Below, piece after piece: positions 18,582 through 28,559 of a stretch of DNA of 64,000 nucleotides. The DNA comes from Bacteroidales bacterium. GTDB lineage: Bacteria > Bacteroidota > Bacteroidia > Bacteroidales > NBLH01. Numbering within the stretch: the first letter of the stretch is position 1; each line of letters starts with the position of its first letter. Under the pieces are notes generated by a model. That model saw only the letters and a program-made list of their open reading frames with translations. It was not told the origin of the DNA and did no database searches. Where the stretch lies: the NCBI GenBank assembly GCA_050291445.1, contig JBNKJW010000052.1:1430-65429 (forward strand), given 5' to 3'. The position numbers were made by a program, and so were the translations under genes.

Positions 18582-19844
18582 TTAATTAGCCATAAACTTA
18601 TTTACAATTTCATCAGAATCATAAGCTCCTTCATTTAGCTTTTTGCCAACTTCAGCAAATGCTTTAATTGTTCTGTCAACCTGTTCTAAAGTATGAACAG
18701 CAGTAGGAATAATCCTTAACATAATAGTCCCTTTTGGCACCACAGGATAAACAACAATTGAAGTAAATATATCGTAGTTTTCTCTTAAATCAAGCAATAC
18801 ATTTGTTCCTTGCGAAACACTTCCTTGAAAAAATACCGGAGTTACAGGAGATTCAGTCTTTCCAAGATTAAAGCCTTGTTCCTTTAAACCCTTTTGTAAT
18901 GCATTGACTATTTTCCATAAATTGTCTTTAAATTCGGTGTTGTTCCTTATTAATTCTAACCTTTTTAAAGAACCAATTACCATTGGCATAGGCAATGATT
19001 TTGCAAAAATTTGCGAACGCATATTGTATTGCAGGTAATCAATAATAGCTTTATCGCCAGCTACAAAAGCACCTATACCAGCCATTGATTTGGCAAAAGT
19101 TCCAAAGTACAAGTCAATTTTATCCTGAACGCCAAAATGCTCACCAGTTCCAGCACCAGTTTTACCCATAGTGCCAAAGCCATGTGCATCATCAACCAAC
19201 AGCCTGAAATTATACTTTTCTTTAAAATCAGTAATCACTTTTAGGTTTCCTAAATCGCCTTCCATGCCAAAAACACCTTCGGTGATAACAAAAATACCAC
19301 CACCAGTTTTTGCAGCAAGTTTAGAAGCACGCTCCATTTGTGCAGCAAAACTCTCCATATCGTTATGCTGAAAAACAAAACGTTTGCCCATATGCATTCT
19401 CAATCCATCTAAAATACAAGCGTGCGAATCAGAATCATAAACAGCAACATCATTTCTACCTAATACTGAGTCAATTATTGAAATAATTCCCTGATATCCA
19501 TAATTCAACAAGTATGAACGCTCTTTTCCAACAAATGCAGCTAGTTCTTCTTCCAGTTGTTCATGATATTTAGTTTGTCCACTCATCATTCTTGCTCCCA
19601 TTGGGTAGGCCAAGCCCCATTCTTTTGCTGCATCAGCATCGGCTTTTCTTACTTCAGGGTGATTTCCCAGCCCTAAATAATTATTCAGGCTCCAATTCAA
19701 CACCTCTTTGCCCCTAAACTTCATAATTGGCGCAATCTCCCCCTCTAACTTAGGGAACATGTAATAACCATGCCCAACTTCCTGGTATTTCCCAAGATCT
19801 GAATGAGTCATTTTCAAATTCTCAAAAATATCTGCATTTTTCAT
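18582..19844 (-). CDS. alpha-oxoamine synthase family PLP enzyme (Kbl/BioF/serine-palmitoyltransferase-like; candidate cysteate or serine acyltransferase)
   Basis: Class-II aminotransferase layout: NNYLGLGNHPEV, VDDAHGFG, and PLP-lysine context GTFAKSMAG. 420 aa with an N-terminal extension longer than I expect for Kbl. Confidence 0.85.
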   Translation of the reverse strand: MKNADIFENLKMTHSDLGKYQEVGHGYYMFPKLEGEIAPIMKFRGKEVLNWSLNNYLGLGNHPEVRKADADAAKEWGLAYPMGARMMSGQTKYHEQLEEELAAFVGKERSYLLNYGYQGIISIIDSVLGRNDVAVYDSDSHACILDGLRMHMGKRFVFQHNDMESFAAQMERASKLAAKTGGGIFVITEGVFGMEGDLGNLKVITDFKEKYNFRLLVDDAHGFGTMGKTGAGTGEHFGVQDKIDLYFGTFAKSMAGIGAFVAGDKAIIDYLQYNMRSQIFAKSLPMPMVIGSLKRLELIRNNTEFKDNLWKIVNALQKGLKEQGFNLGKTESPVTPVFFQGSVSQGTNVLLDLRENYDIFTSIVVYPVVPKGTIMLRIIPTAVHTLEQVDRTIKAFAEVGKKLNEGAYDSDEIVNKFMAN

Positions 19845-20186
19845 CCGCGTATATTTAGTTGTTTTTATTAATATGATGAATACATTATTTAACTTTTTAT
19901 TCCAAGCCCATTAATGTTTCACCAGATCCTATTATTTAGAATTAATTTTTTCAATAATAAATTGATGCAAAAGTAATAGAAATCTAAAATTTGCCGAAAT
20001 AAAATAGCAACAATGCAAATTGGGAAGTTTTATCTGCAAACAAAAAAAACCAACCTGCTGATTTATTGAGAGATAACACAACAAGCATAAAACTAGTTGA
20101 ATACTGGTTTAACTTTTATTTTAATAAAATAGTTTTTATAAAGCATTAAACTTAGTACTTTCGCACAAATTTTTAAAGGGCAAATA

Positions 20187-21263
20187 ATGCAAAAAGTAAT
20201 TAGTGGAATTCAACAAGTGGGGATAGGTATTCCTAATGTTCATGAAGCATGGGAATGGTACCGCAAGCATTTTAAAATGGATATTGCGGCATTTGATGAT
20301 GAAGGAACTGCTGAATTAATGCTTCCTTATACTGCAGGTAAGCCGCAGGACAGGCATGCTATTTTAGCTTTAAATCTGAAAGGAGGAGGAGGTTTTGAAA
20401 TCTGGCAATACAAAAGCAGAGAACCTAAAGCGGCAGAATTTGATATTTCATTAGGAGATTTAGGGATATTTGCTGTAAAAATTAAAACAGAAAACATTTC
20501 AGAAACCTATCATTATTTCACCAGCCAAGGTATTGAGGTTTCCAAAAGAATTTATGAAGACCCAAATGGGAAAAAGCATTTTTTTGTAAAGGATCCTTAT
20601 GGTAATGTTTTTCAGCTTGTGCAGAACAAGCACTGGTTTGTTAATAACCAGGACAATACTGGTGGAGCAGATGGTGTTGTGATTGGTGTTAGTGATATGG
20701 AAAAAGCACTCTACTTTTACAAAACCATCCTGGGTTATGATAAGGTTTTATATGACACACAAGGCAAGTTTGATGAGTTTTCGGGCCTAAAGGGTGGCAG
20801 CAATACCTTTCGCAGAGTTTTAATTACCCACTCAAGACCCAGAGAAGGTGCTTTTAGCAGACTGTTTGGCGATAGCAAAATAGAGTTGATTCAGGTACAG
20901 GACAGAACACCAAACAAAATTTTTGAAAACCGGCTTTGGGGCGATCTGGGTTTTATTCACCTTTGTTTTGACATTGCCGGAATTGAACTATTTAAGCAAG
21001 ATTGCGCAACTGAAGGTTTTCCTTTTACTGTTGATAGTCGCCAAAATGGTTTAAATGGAAACTCATTCGATATGGGCGAAGCGGCCGGTCATTTTGCGTA
21101 TATTGAAGATCCTGATGGGACATTAATTGAGCTGGTTGAGGCACACCGCATGCCTTTGATAAAAAAAATAGGTTGGAACCTTGATTTAAAAAAAAGGAAC
21201 CGCACCAAGCCACTTCCTGACTGGATGTTAAAGTTACTAAGCTTAAAACGAGTTAAGAATTAA
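20187..21263 (+). CDS. VOC-family (glyoxalase/bleomycin-resistance/dioxygenase fold) two-domain protein
   Basis: Two repeated beta-alpha-beta-beta-beta modules (GIQQVGIGIPNVHEAWEWY..., DGVVIGVSDMEKALYFY...) ending in ...YIEDPDGTLIELVE. Sits 19 nt upstream of cysH. Confidence 0.75.
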   Translation: MQKVISGIQQVGIGIPNVHEAWEWYRKHFKMDIAAFDDEGTAELMLPYTAGKPQDRHAILALNLKGGGGFEIWQYKSREPKAAEFDISLGDLGIFAVKIKTENISETYHYFTSQGIEVSKRIYEDPNGKKHFFVKDPYGNVFQLVQNKHWFVNNQDNTGGADGVVIGVSDMEKALYFYKTILGYDKVLYDTQGKFDEFSGLKGGSNTFRRVLITHSRPREGAFSRLFGDSKIELIQVQDRTPNKIFENRLWGDLGFIHLCFDIAGIELFKQDCATEGFPFTVDSRQNGLNGNSFDMGEAAGHFAYIEDPDGTLIELVEAHRMPLIKKIGWNLDLKKRNRTKPLPDWMLKLLSLKRVKN

Positions 21264-21282
21264 CACATAGACCATAAATATT

Positions 21283-22038
21283 ATGCTTGACAAAGAGAAT
21301 CAATTAATACAAAAAATTGAAAATAAGGGCATTAAAGAACAGCTTGAAATCCTGGCTAAAGAATTCAAAGGTGAAATTGTTTTTTCAACTAGCCTTGGTC
21401 AGGAAGATCAGGTAATTACCGATATCATTTTCAAGAACAATATTGATATAAAAGTTTTCTCATTAGACACAGGTCGGTTGTTTGAAGAGACTTACAAAGT
21501 TTTACAAAAGACAATAGAAAAATACAACAAAGAAATTAATGTTTATTTTCCTGAATATGAGCAAGTTCAAGAACTTGTAACCAAAAAAGGACCTTATAGC
21601 TTTTATGAGTCAGTTGAAAACAGGAAAGAGTGTTGTAATATAAGAAAAGTAGTCCCTCTAAACAAAGCGTTAAAAGGCAATAAATTATGGATCACAGGTT
21701 TAAGAGCTGATCAATCTGAAGCAAGAACCGAACTCCCCTTGATTGCCTGGGACGAAAATTTTAAATTATTTAAATTCAACCCATTAAAAGACTGGAACCT
21801 TAACAAAGTTGTTGAATACCTAAAAGAAAACAGTGTCCCATACAACATTCTGCATGACAAGGGTTTTGTAAGTATTGGTTGTGCTCCCTGCACAAGGGCA
21901 ATTAAACCTGGAGAACATATCCGAACCGGCCGATGGTGGTGGGAAGATAATACAAAAAAGGAGTGTGGACTGCATGAGCACAATGAAGCTAACAATAACA
22001 ATCAGGCAAGTTTATCGCATTTTGTAAAAAAAATTTAA
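21283..22038 (+). CDS. cysH: adenylyl-sulfate / phosphoadenylyl-sulfate reductase (thioredoxin-dependent), Fe-S APS-reductase-type signature
   Basis: C-terminal catalytic KKECGLHE, plus the Cys pair ECCNIRKVVPL and SIGCAPCT that characterise [4Fe-4S] assimilatory APS reductases. Confidence 0.9.
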   Translation: MLDKENQLIQKIENKGIKEQLEILAKEFKGEIVFSTSLGQEDQVITDIIFKNNIDIKVFSLDTGRLFEETYKVLQKTIEKYNKEINVYFPEYEQVQELVTKKGPYSFYESVENRKECCNIRKVVPLNKALKGNKLWITGLRADQSEARTELPLIAWDENFKLFKFNPLKDWNLNKVVEYLKENSVPYNILHDKGFVSIGCAPCTRAIKPGEHIRTGRWWWEDNTKKECGLHEHNEANNNNQASLSHFVKKI

Positions 22039-22056
22039 TTTTAATGGCAAACTGAG

Positions 22057-22064
22057 TAGATTTG
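22057..22064 (+). promoter_or_regulatory. candidate Bacteroidota -7 promoter box (TAnnTTTG)
   Basis: TAGATTTG lies 33 nt upstream of the cysD ATG. No good -33 TTG at the canonical spacing. Confidence 0.25.
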
Positions 22065-22096
22065 CACAAACTTTTTTATAGAAAAGGAGAAAGCAT

Positions 22097-23002
22097 ATGG
22101 ACAAAATAACAATGAACCATTTGAGGGAGCTTGAGTCTGAATCAATACATGTTATCAGAGAAGTTGCAGCTCAATTTGAAAGACCTGCACTTTTGTTTTC
22201 TGGTGGTAAGGATTCAATCGTAATGTTTCATCTGGCAAGAAAAGCATTCTATCCAGCTAAAGTACCATTCCCTTTACTGCATATTGACACAGGGCATAAT
22301 TTTCAGGAGACACTTGACTTTAGGGACAACCTTGCAAAAGAAACAGGAACTGAATTAATTGTTAAATATGTACAGGATTCTATTGACGAAGGAAAAGCAG
22401 TAGAAGAAAAAGGAGTAAATGCAAGCAGAAATAAACTGCAAACAGTTACATTGCTCGATGCCATTGAAAGCCTAAAGCTGGATGCCGCACTTGGTGGAGG
22501 CCGAAGAGATGAAGAAAAAGCAAGAGCAAAAGAGCGTTTCTTCTCACACAGAGATGATTTTGGACAATGGGATCCTAAAAATCAGCGTCCAGAATTATGG
22601 TCATTATATAATGGCAAAAAAAATATGGGAGAACATTTCAGAGTCTTTCCAATCAGTAACTGGACAGAAATGGATGTATGGCAGTACATCTACATGGATA
22701 ATATTGCCATTCCTAGTTTATACTTCACACATAAAAGAAAAGTTTTTGAAAGAGATGGAACATGGCTGGCTCATGCACCATTTATGGAACTAAAAGAAAC
22801 TGAAAAACTTATTGAAATGGATGTAAGGTGCCGGACAATTGGCGATATTACATGTACTGGTGTCACTTTATCAAAAGCAAATTCATTAGAGGATATTATT
22901 GAAGAAATAGCTTCAACAAGAACTACTGAAAGAGGAGGAAGAGCTGATGACAAACGTTCAGAAGCCGCAATGGAAGACAGAAAAAAAGAAGGCTATTTCT
23001 AG
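22097..23002 (+). CDS. cysD: sulfate adenylyltransferase subunit 2
   Basis: PP-loop FSGGKDS, and conserved LRELESESIHVIREVAAQFERPALLFSGGKDSIVM and WDPKNQRPELW blocks. Confidence 0.95.
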   Translation: MDKITMNHLRELESESIHVIREVAAQFERPALLFSGGKDSIVMFHLARKAFYPAKVPFPLLHIDTGHNFQETLDFRDNLAKETGTELIVKYVQDSIDEGKAVEEKGVNASRNKLQTVTLLDAIESLKLDAALGGGRRDEEKARAKERFFSHRDDFGQWDPKNQRPELWSLYNGKKNMGEHFRVFPISNWTEMDVWQYIYMDNIAIPSLYFTHKRKVFERDGTWLAHAPFMELKETEKLIEMDVRCRTIGDITCTGVTLSKANSLEDIIEEIASTRTTERGGRADDKRSEAAMEDRKKEGYF

Positions 23003-23078
23003 TTCATAATTTTAGTATAGTTTCGGAATTAAACATAAGCAAGCTGAATTAATTCAGCTGAAAAAAAAATAAAACAAA

Positions 23079-24353
23079 ATGGCAGAAAATAAGCAAAGAG
23101 GCTACCTCGACATGGAGCTTTTAAGGTTCACTACTGCTGGTAGTGTTGATGATGGAAAAAGTACATTGATAGGAAGACTTTTATACGATAGTAAAGCTAT
23201 TTTTGAAGACCAATTGGACGCAATTGAAGAAACCAGCAAAAGAAAAGGTGACGAAAGTATTGACTTGGCACTTTTAACTGATGGTTTAAGGGCTGAAAGG
23301 GAACAGGGCATAACCATTGATGTTGCTTACAGGTATTTTGCTACACCAAAACGAAAATTTATTATTGCCGATACTCCAGGACATATACAATACACCAGAA
23401 ACATGGTTACTGGTGCATCAACAGCCAACCTGGCAATTATTTTAATTGATGCAAGACATGGAGTTATTGAGCAAACCCTAAGACATGCTTTTATTGCATC
23501 GTTATTGCAAATTCCTCATGTAGTGGTTTGTATTAATAAAATGGACTTGGTTGATTATAGCCAGAAAGTTTATGAAAAAATCAGGCAACAATTTATGGAG
23601 TTTGCACCAAAGCTAGATGTTCAGGATGTCCATTTTATCCCAATAAGTGCATTAAATGGCGACAACGTTGTTAAGAGATCGGAAAGCATGGATTGGTATG
23701 AGGGCGCAACTTTAATGTACACCCTTGAAAATGTATACATTGGCAGTGACCAGAACCACTTTGATGCAAGGTTCCCTGTTCAATATGTTATTCGCCCACA
23801 AACTGATGAATTTCATGACTACAGAGGATATGCTGGAAAAATTGAAGGTGGTATCTTTAATGTTGGGGATAGTGTACATGTGCTACCATCGGGTCTGACA
23901 AGTAAAATAAAAACAATCGATTTTTTTAAAGAAAGTTTAAAGACTGCTGCAAAACCACAATCAGTTACTATTACCCTTGAAGACGATATTGATATTAGCC
24001 GGGGAGATATGATTGTAAATTCAAGTAATGTGCCTAAATCATCGCAGGAGATTGAAATGATGATTTGCTGGTTTAATGAAAAACCTATTGTTTTAAGAGG
24101 CAAATATAACCTAAAACATACTTCGAAAGATGTAAAGTGCATGATTACCGGAGTATCATATAAAATGGATATCAATAAGTTGGAAAAAAACTACGAAGAC
24201 AAAGGCATCCAAATGAATGATATCGCCAAAATTTCAATAAAAACAACTTCCCCTCTTTTCTTTGATTCATACAGAAATAACAGAAACACAGGAAGTATTA
24301 TTTTAATTGATGAAGCAACAAATGAAACTGTAGCGGCTGGAATGATTTTATAG
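23079..24353 (+). CDS. cysN: sulfate adenylyltransferase subunit 1 (GTPase), no fused APS-kinase domain
   Basis: G1 GSVDDGKST, G3 DTPGH, G4 NKMD. At 424 aa it is too short to include a CysC domain. Confidence 0.9.
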   Translation: MAENKQRGYLDMELLRFTTAGSVDDGKSTLIGRLLYDSKAIFEDQLDAIEETSKRKGDESIDLALLTDGLRAEREQGITIDVAYRYFATPKRKFIIADTPGHIQYTRNMVTGASTANLAIILIDARHGVIEQTLRHAFIASLLQIPHVVVCINKMDLVDYSQKVYEKIRQQFMEFAPKLDVQDVHFIPISALNGDNVVKRSESMDWYEGATLMYTLENVYIGSDQNHFDARFPVQYVIRPQTDEFHDYRGYAGKIEGGIFNVGDSVHVLPSGLTSKIKTIDFFKESLKTAAKPQSVTITLEDDIDISRGDMIVNSSNVPKSSQEIEMMICWFNEKPIVLRGKYNLKHTSKDVKCMITGVSYKMDINKLEKNYEDKGIQMNDIAKISIKTTSPLFFDSYRNNRNTGSIILIDEATNETVAAGMIL

Positions 24354-24425
24354 TCTAATCATATATAAACCATAAAAAATCAACCATCGGGCATAATAAA
24401 TTATCCGATAGTTGACAATCCTATT

Positions 24426-26201
24426 ATGAGCTTCGATGGTATCCTGGTACTAATTGTATTGGCATTTATACTGGTGTCACTCTACTTTGAAATTGTAGGG
24501 CCTGGGTTTACTTTTGTGATAGCTGTTGCAGTTTTAGGCGCCTTTAAAGTACTTTCTCCTGCTGAAATCTTACAGGGATTTGCTAATGAGCAAATTGCGG
24601 TAATTATTATGCTCTTGCTGCTTGGCGATGTTTTTCGGCGAACTTCTGTACTTGATATCTTTTTTGACCAGGTTTTTAAGTATGCCAAATCATACAAACA
24701 TTTTATGGCGCGGCTAATGTTTATAGTCGCCCCGCTATCGGCATTTTTAAACAACACTCCACTGGTCGCTATCCTTATTCCATATGTACATAACTGGAGT
24801 TCAAAAAACAAAGTGCATGTTTCTAAATTAATGATGCCTTTGTCCTATGCAGCAATTTTAGGAGGTTGTGCCACACTTATAGGGACATCTACAAACCTGA
24901 TAGTCAATGGGCTAGTTATTGATCAGGAAATAATCCCGGATTTAAAACCGCTAGAAATTTTTGACTTTGCATATGTGGGCATACCCATGATATTTATTGG
25001 GTCATTGTACATGCTATTTATTGGCCATAAGCTAATACCTGAAAGAAAAGACACCTTGCAAAATATCACGATGGATACAAGGGAGTATGTTTTTGAATTA
25101 CAATTAAAAAAAGGAAGCGAAGTTATCGGGCAATCACGAAAAGAGGCGCAATTTCTTAAAAATGAAGGCTTTATGCTTGCAGAAGTGTATCGAAAAGGAA
25201 TACTTTTTCAGCGGATTGGTCTGAACTTTGTTTTCAAGGAGGATGACATACTCCTGTTTGTGGGAAAAAAAGAAGCGATTGCCGAATTGGTTAATGCCGA
25301 TAAAAAAAGAATAATTCCTTCGGTAGGGATGTTTTCTAAAAGGCCAAAATCTGAAATTATTGAAATCGTTATATCTCATAATTCAAGCATGATTGGCAAA
25401 CGATTAATGTATGAAAACTTTAGAGGGAAATATGATGCAACTGTTTTAGCAGTGCACAGAAACGGAGAAAATATAAATGGGCAAATTGCAAATATTGAAT
25501 TAAGGGCAGGTGATGCCTTATTATTAATGGCAGGGACTGAATTTAATCAATTAAGTAAATCAACCCATGATTTTTACTTGATTTCAAAAATTAAAGAAAT
25601 TAGAAGGTTAGGCCTGTTGAAAACAGCAACACTTATTGTAGGTACACCACTTGTAATACTTTTAAACATATTAGGTATCAGTAAATTATTTACGGGGTTA
25701 CTGGTCTTGCTTATTTTAACACAACTTCTAAAAATAATAAGCCCCAAAGACATGGCCAGAAGTGTTGACTACGAACTTGCCTTTATCATTGCCCTGTCGC
25801 TTGCACTTGGAATTGCTATGATAAATACAGGTGTTGCAGAAATGCTGGCAAATGGAGTGATGTTTGCATTTAAACCACTGGGAAAATATGGTGCGCTTTA
25901 TGGTATTTACATAATTACTGCTCTATTAGCGGGTTTTATTACCAACAAGGCTGCGGTTGCCATCGTTTTTCCAATAGCCCTTAGCATATCCTTGCAAATG
26001 CATCTTCCACCAACTCCGTTTATTTTAATTGTGTCTTTTGCTGCGGCTGCAAATTTCATGACACCAATAGGGTACCAAACTAATCTTATGATTTATGGGC
26101 CGGGTGGCTATAAATTTAGAGATTATTTAAAAGTTGGCACACCACTTACTATAATTTATATGCTGGTTACAGTAACCATTTTAAGTAGAATTTATTTTTA
26201 A
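24426..26201 (+). CDS. SLC13/DASS-family anion permease with two central TrkA-C (RCK_C) domains (putative sulfate transporter)
   Basis: Two multi-helix transport halves flank two soluble repeats (YVFELQLKKGSEVIGQS...ILLFVGKKEA and IIEIVISHNSSMIGKRL...GDALLLMAG). Located inside the cys cluster. Confidence 0.8.
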   Translation: MSFDGILVLIVLAFILVSLYFEIVGPGFTFVIAVAVLGAFKVLSPAEILQGFANEQIAVIIMLLLLGDVFRRTSVLDIFFDQVFKYAKSYKHFMARLMFIVAPLSAFLNNTPLVAILIPYVHNWSSKNKVHVSKLMMPLSYAAILGGCATLIGTSTNLIVNGLVIDQEIIPDLKPLEIFDFAYVGIPMIFIGSLYMLFIGHKLIPERKDTLQNITMDTREYVFELQLKKGSEVIGQSRKEAQFLKNEGFMLAEVYRKGILFQRIGLNFVFKEDDILLFVGKKEAIAELVNADKKRIIPSVGMFSKRPKSEIIEIVISHNSSMIGKRLMYENFRGKYDATVLAVHRNGENINGQIANIELRAGDALLLMAGTEFNQLSKSTHDFYLISKIKEIRRLGLLKTATLIVGTPLVILLNILGISKLFTGLLVLLILTQLLKIISPKDMARSVDYELAFIIALSLALGIAMINTGVAEMLANGVMFAFKPLGKYGALYGIYIITALLAGFITNKAAVAIVFPIALSISLQMHLPPTPFILIVSFAAAANFMTPIGYQTNLMIYGPGGYKFRDYLKVGTPLTIIYMLVTVTILSRIYF

Positions 26202-26209
26202 ACTAAGAT

Positions 26210-27028
26210 ATGTCAAAAATTTCGATAGAAGAACTGGTAAAACCATCCATTAAAGCAGCTTTAAAGGCCGGGCAGGAAATAATGCATGTGTATGAAAACG
26301 AGGATTTTAATATAGAGTTTAAAGATGATAATTCTCCATTAACAGTAGCTGATAAACGGGCGCATGATATTATTTGCAAAGAATTGGAAAACACCGAAAT
26401 TCCTGTTTTAAGTGAAGAATCAAAGGCTATTCCTTTTGAGGAGCGGAAAAACTGGGAAGTGTTTTGGTTAGTAGATCCTTTAGACGGAACAAAAGAATTC
26501 ATTAAACGAAATGGAGAATTCACCGTTAACATTGCGTTAATGATAAACAAAAAGCCTGTTTTAGGAATTATTTACGCCCCAGTTTTAAAAAAACTCTACT
26601 ATGGATACCAAAACAATGCTTTTTTGGTTAACGAACTTGATTTTTCGATGAATGAAGCTGAACTTTTAGCTCAAATTGACCAAAAATCAATAAGTTTGCC
26701 AATCGAAAATTTAAAAGATAAATATACAGTGGTTGCTAGTAGATCTCATATGTCGGATGAAACCAAAGAATATATTGAATCATTAAAAAAAGAAAAAGGA
26801 CAAATTGAAATAAGAAGTATTGGTAGTTCATTAAAACTTTGCCTGGTTGCTGAGGGCAGTGCAGATGTTTATCCCAGGTTTGGGCCAACAATGGAATGGG
26901 ATATTGGGGCAGGGCATGCAATTATTGAAGCTTCAGGTGCCCAACTAACTCAAACAGATGGAATAGCACCATTGAATTACAACAAAGAAAACTTATTAAA
27001 CCCCTGGTTTATTGTAAACAAAAAATAA
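26210..27028 (+). CDS. cysQ: 3'(2'),5'-bisphosphate nucleotidase
   Basis: Inositol-monophosphatase-fold motifs LSEE..., WLVDPLDGTKEF, and WDIGAGHAII. Confidence 0.85.
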   Translation: MSKISIEELVKPSIKAALKAGQEIMHVYENEDFNIEFKDDNSPLTVADKRAHDIICKELENTEIPVLSEESKAIPFEERKNWEVFWLVDPLDGTKEFIKRNGEFTVNIALMINKKPVLGIIYAPVLKKLYYGYQNNAFLVNELDFSMNEAELLAQIDQKSISLPIENLKDKYTVVASRSHMSDETKEYIESLKKEKGQIEIRSIGSSLKLCLVAEGSADVYPRFGPTMEWDIGAGHAIIEASGAQLTQTDGIAPLNYNKENLLNPWFIVNKK

Positions 27029-27130
27029 AGAAGAAAAATTTAGAACCTAGCCCGTTTGGTTAGAGTAGTTTTCTTTCAATGGGCTCTTTCGGGTTCATAT
27101 GACTTTAAAAAGTAATTAAAAAATAAACTG

Positions 27131-28450
27131 ATGAATCAAAAATTTCATTTCGAATGTCAAAACTGTAAAACAATAATAAATAGTTTTAAAGAATGGTTTG
27201 CCAACAATCAAAAATGTCCTTCATGTGGTAAATCTCATGTCAAAACCATCTATTCAACTGACCATGAAAGAATTAAAGAATTGGTTTCGAAAGATGCAAG
27301 ACCAGAAAGCCTTTGGCATTATTTTGACTTTCTCCCGTTAAATAACAAAGAAAACATTATTACCGAAGGCGAAGGAATTGCACCAATTGAAAGATGGGCT
27401 TTTTTAGAAGAATATGCTAAAAGGAAGTACAACCTGAATTTGGAGATATTTGTCAACAGAAATGATAAAAGTTTTGCCACTGGAACATTTAAAGATAAAG
27501 GAGGCACGCTAGCTGCCAGCGTACTTAAAGAAGAAGGAATTAAAGAATATGTTGTTGCAAGCACAGGAAATACGGCTACAGCCTTTGCCCACTACCTGGC
27601 AAAGGCTGGTGTTTCGCTTTCAGTATTCTTGCCCGAAAATGCATTACACGATAGTGTTGCACATATTGGAACCTACGGACAAAAAGCCTACAGTGTAAAA
27701 GGCGACTATGCAAAGGCAAAGAAAGTAGCTGCTGACTATGCTGAAAAATATGGGATTTTAATGACAGGTGGAAATTTAGATCCCCTAAGATTGGAATCAA
27801 AAAAAACCCAGGTCTTTGAAATGCTCCGGGTGATGGGAAAAACTCCGGATGTATACGTCCAGGCATTAAGTGGTGGCACAGGCCCTTTTGCTGTAGAAAA
27901 AGCTTTCGACGATTTGGCAGGAACCGGTTTAGCTAATGAACTGCCAAGGTTTTTATTGGCTCAGGGCGACAGGTGTAACCCGCAAGCACAAGCATGGGCA
28001 AAAGCAAAAGCAGAGGGTTTTCCAGAGGGTTTCGAAAATGAATATCCAGTAATTGAAAACCCCGAACCTTTAATACCAACTATTGCAACAGGAGATCCTA
28101 AAACCTATCCATTAATGGGCCCATTAGTAAAAAAATCTGGTGGTGAAATATTTACCATACCTGAACAAATGGCAATTGATGCAGCAAGGCTGGTTGCTTT
28201 TGAAAGAGTAATAAAAATAGGACCTGCATCAACAGCTGCTGTTTTGGGTTTATTTGAATCCTTAAAACAGGGATTTATAAAAGATGGTGAAACTGTTTTT
28301 GTTAACATGGGCGAAGGTGCCAACAGGGCTTTTGGTTTCATGCACGAAGCTGCTTACACCACCGAAGAGGTTAGTTCGGTAGATGACTGCAAACGATTTG
28401 ACCGAAACGACTATAAGGATAAAGTATGGGAACCTTTTAAAAATTACTAA
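27131..28450 (+). CDS. threonine-synthase-family PLP enzyme with N-terminal Zn-ribbon; candidate cysteate synthase
   Basis: CxxC...CxxC ribbon (ECQNCKT...KCPSCGKSH), PLP-lysine context GTFKDKGG, and STGNTATAFAHY. It is the last gene of a sulfite-generating cluster. The cysteate versus threonine synthase call is inference. Confidence 0.65.
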   Translation: MNQKFHFECQNCKTIINSFKEWFANNQKCPSCGKSHVKTIYSTDHERIKELVSKDARPESLWHYFDFLPLNNKENIITEGEGIAPIERWAFLEEYAKRKYNLNLEIFVNRNDKSFATGTFKDKGGTLAASVLKEEGIKEYVVASTGNTATAFAHYLAKAGVSLSVFLPENALHDSVAHIGTYGQKAYSVKGDYAKAKKVAADYAEKYGILMTGGNLDPLRLESKKTQVFEMLRVMGKTPDVYVQALSGGTGPFAVEKAFDDLAGTGLANELPRFLLAQGDRCNPQAQAWAKAKAEGFPEGFENEYPVIENPEPLIPTIATGDPKTYPLMGPLVKKSGGEIFTIPEQMAIDAARLVAFERVIKIGPASTAAVLGLFESLKQGFIKDGETVFVNMGEGANRAFGFMHEAAYTTEEVSSVDDCKRFDRNDYKDKVWEPFKNY

Positions 28451-28559
28451 ACAAGGTAACCGTCTCATTAAAAGAAGATTACCTATATCTTATGGAGTTT
28501 ATTTTAAAGATAAACTCTTTTTTTTGCATAAATTTATTACAACCGAAAGGAAATTGAAT

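Noticed and set aside
27043-27096. Nested stems GAACC-AGCCC...GGGCT-GGTTC upstream of the cysteate-synthase-like gene, as a possible riboswitch or leader
   Set aside because: There are only two 5-bp stems with an asymmetric interior. It bears no resemblance to SAM, SAH or other sulfur-related riboswitch cores that I know. This is too weak.
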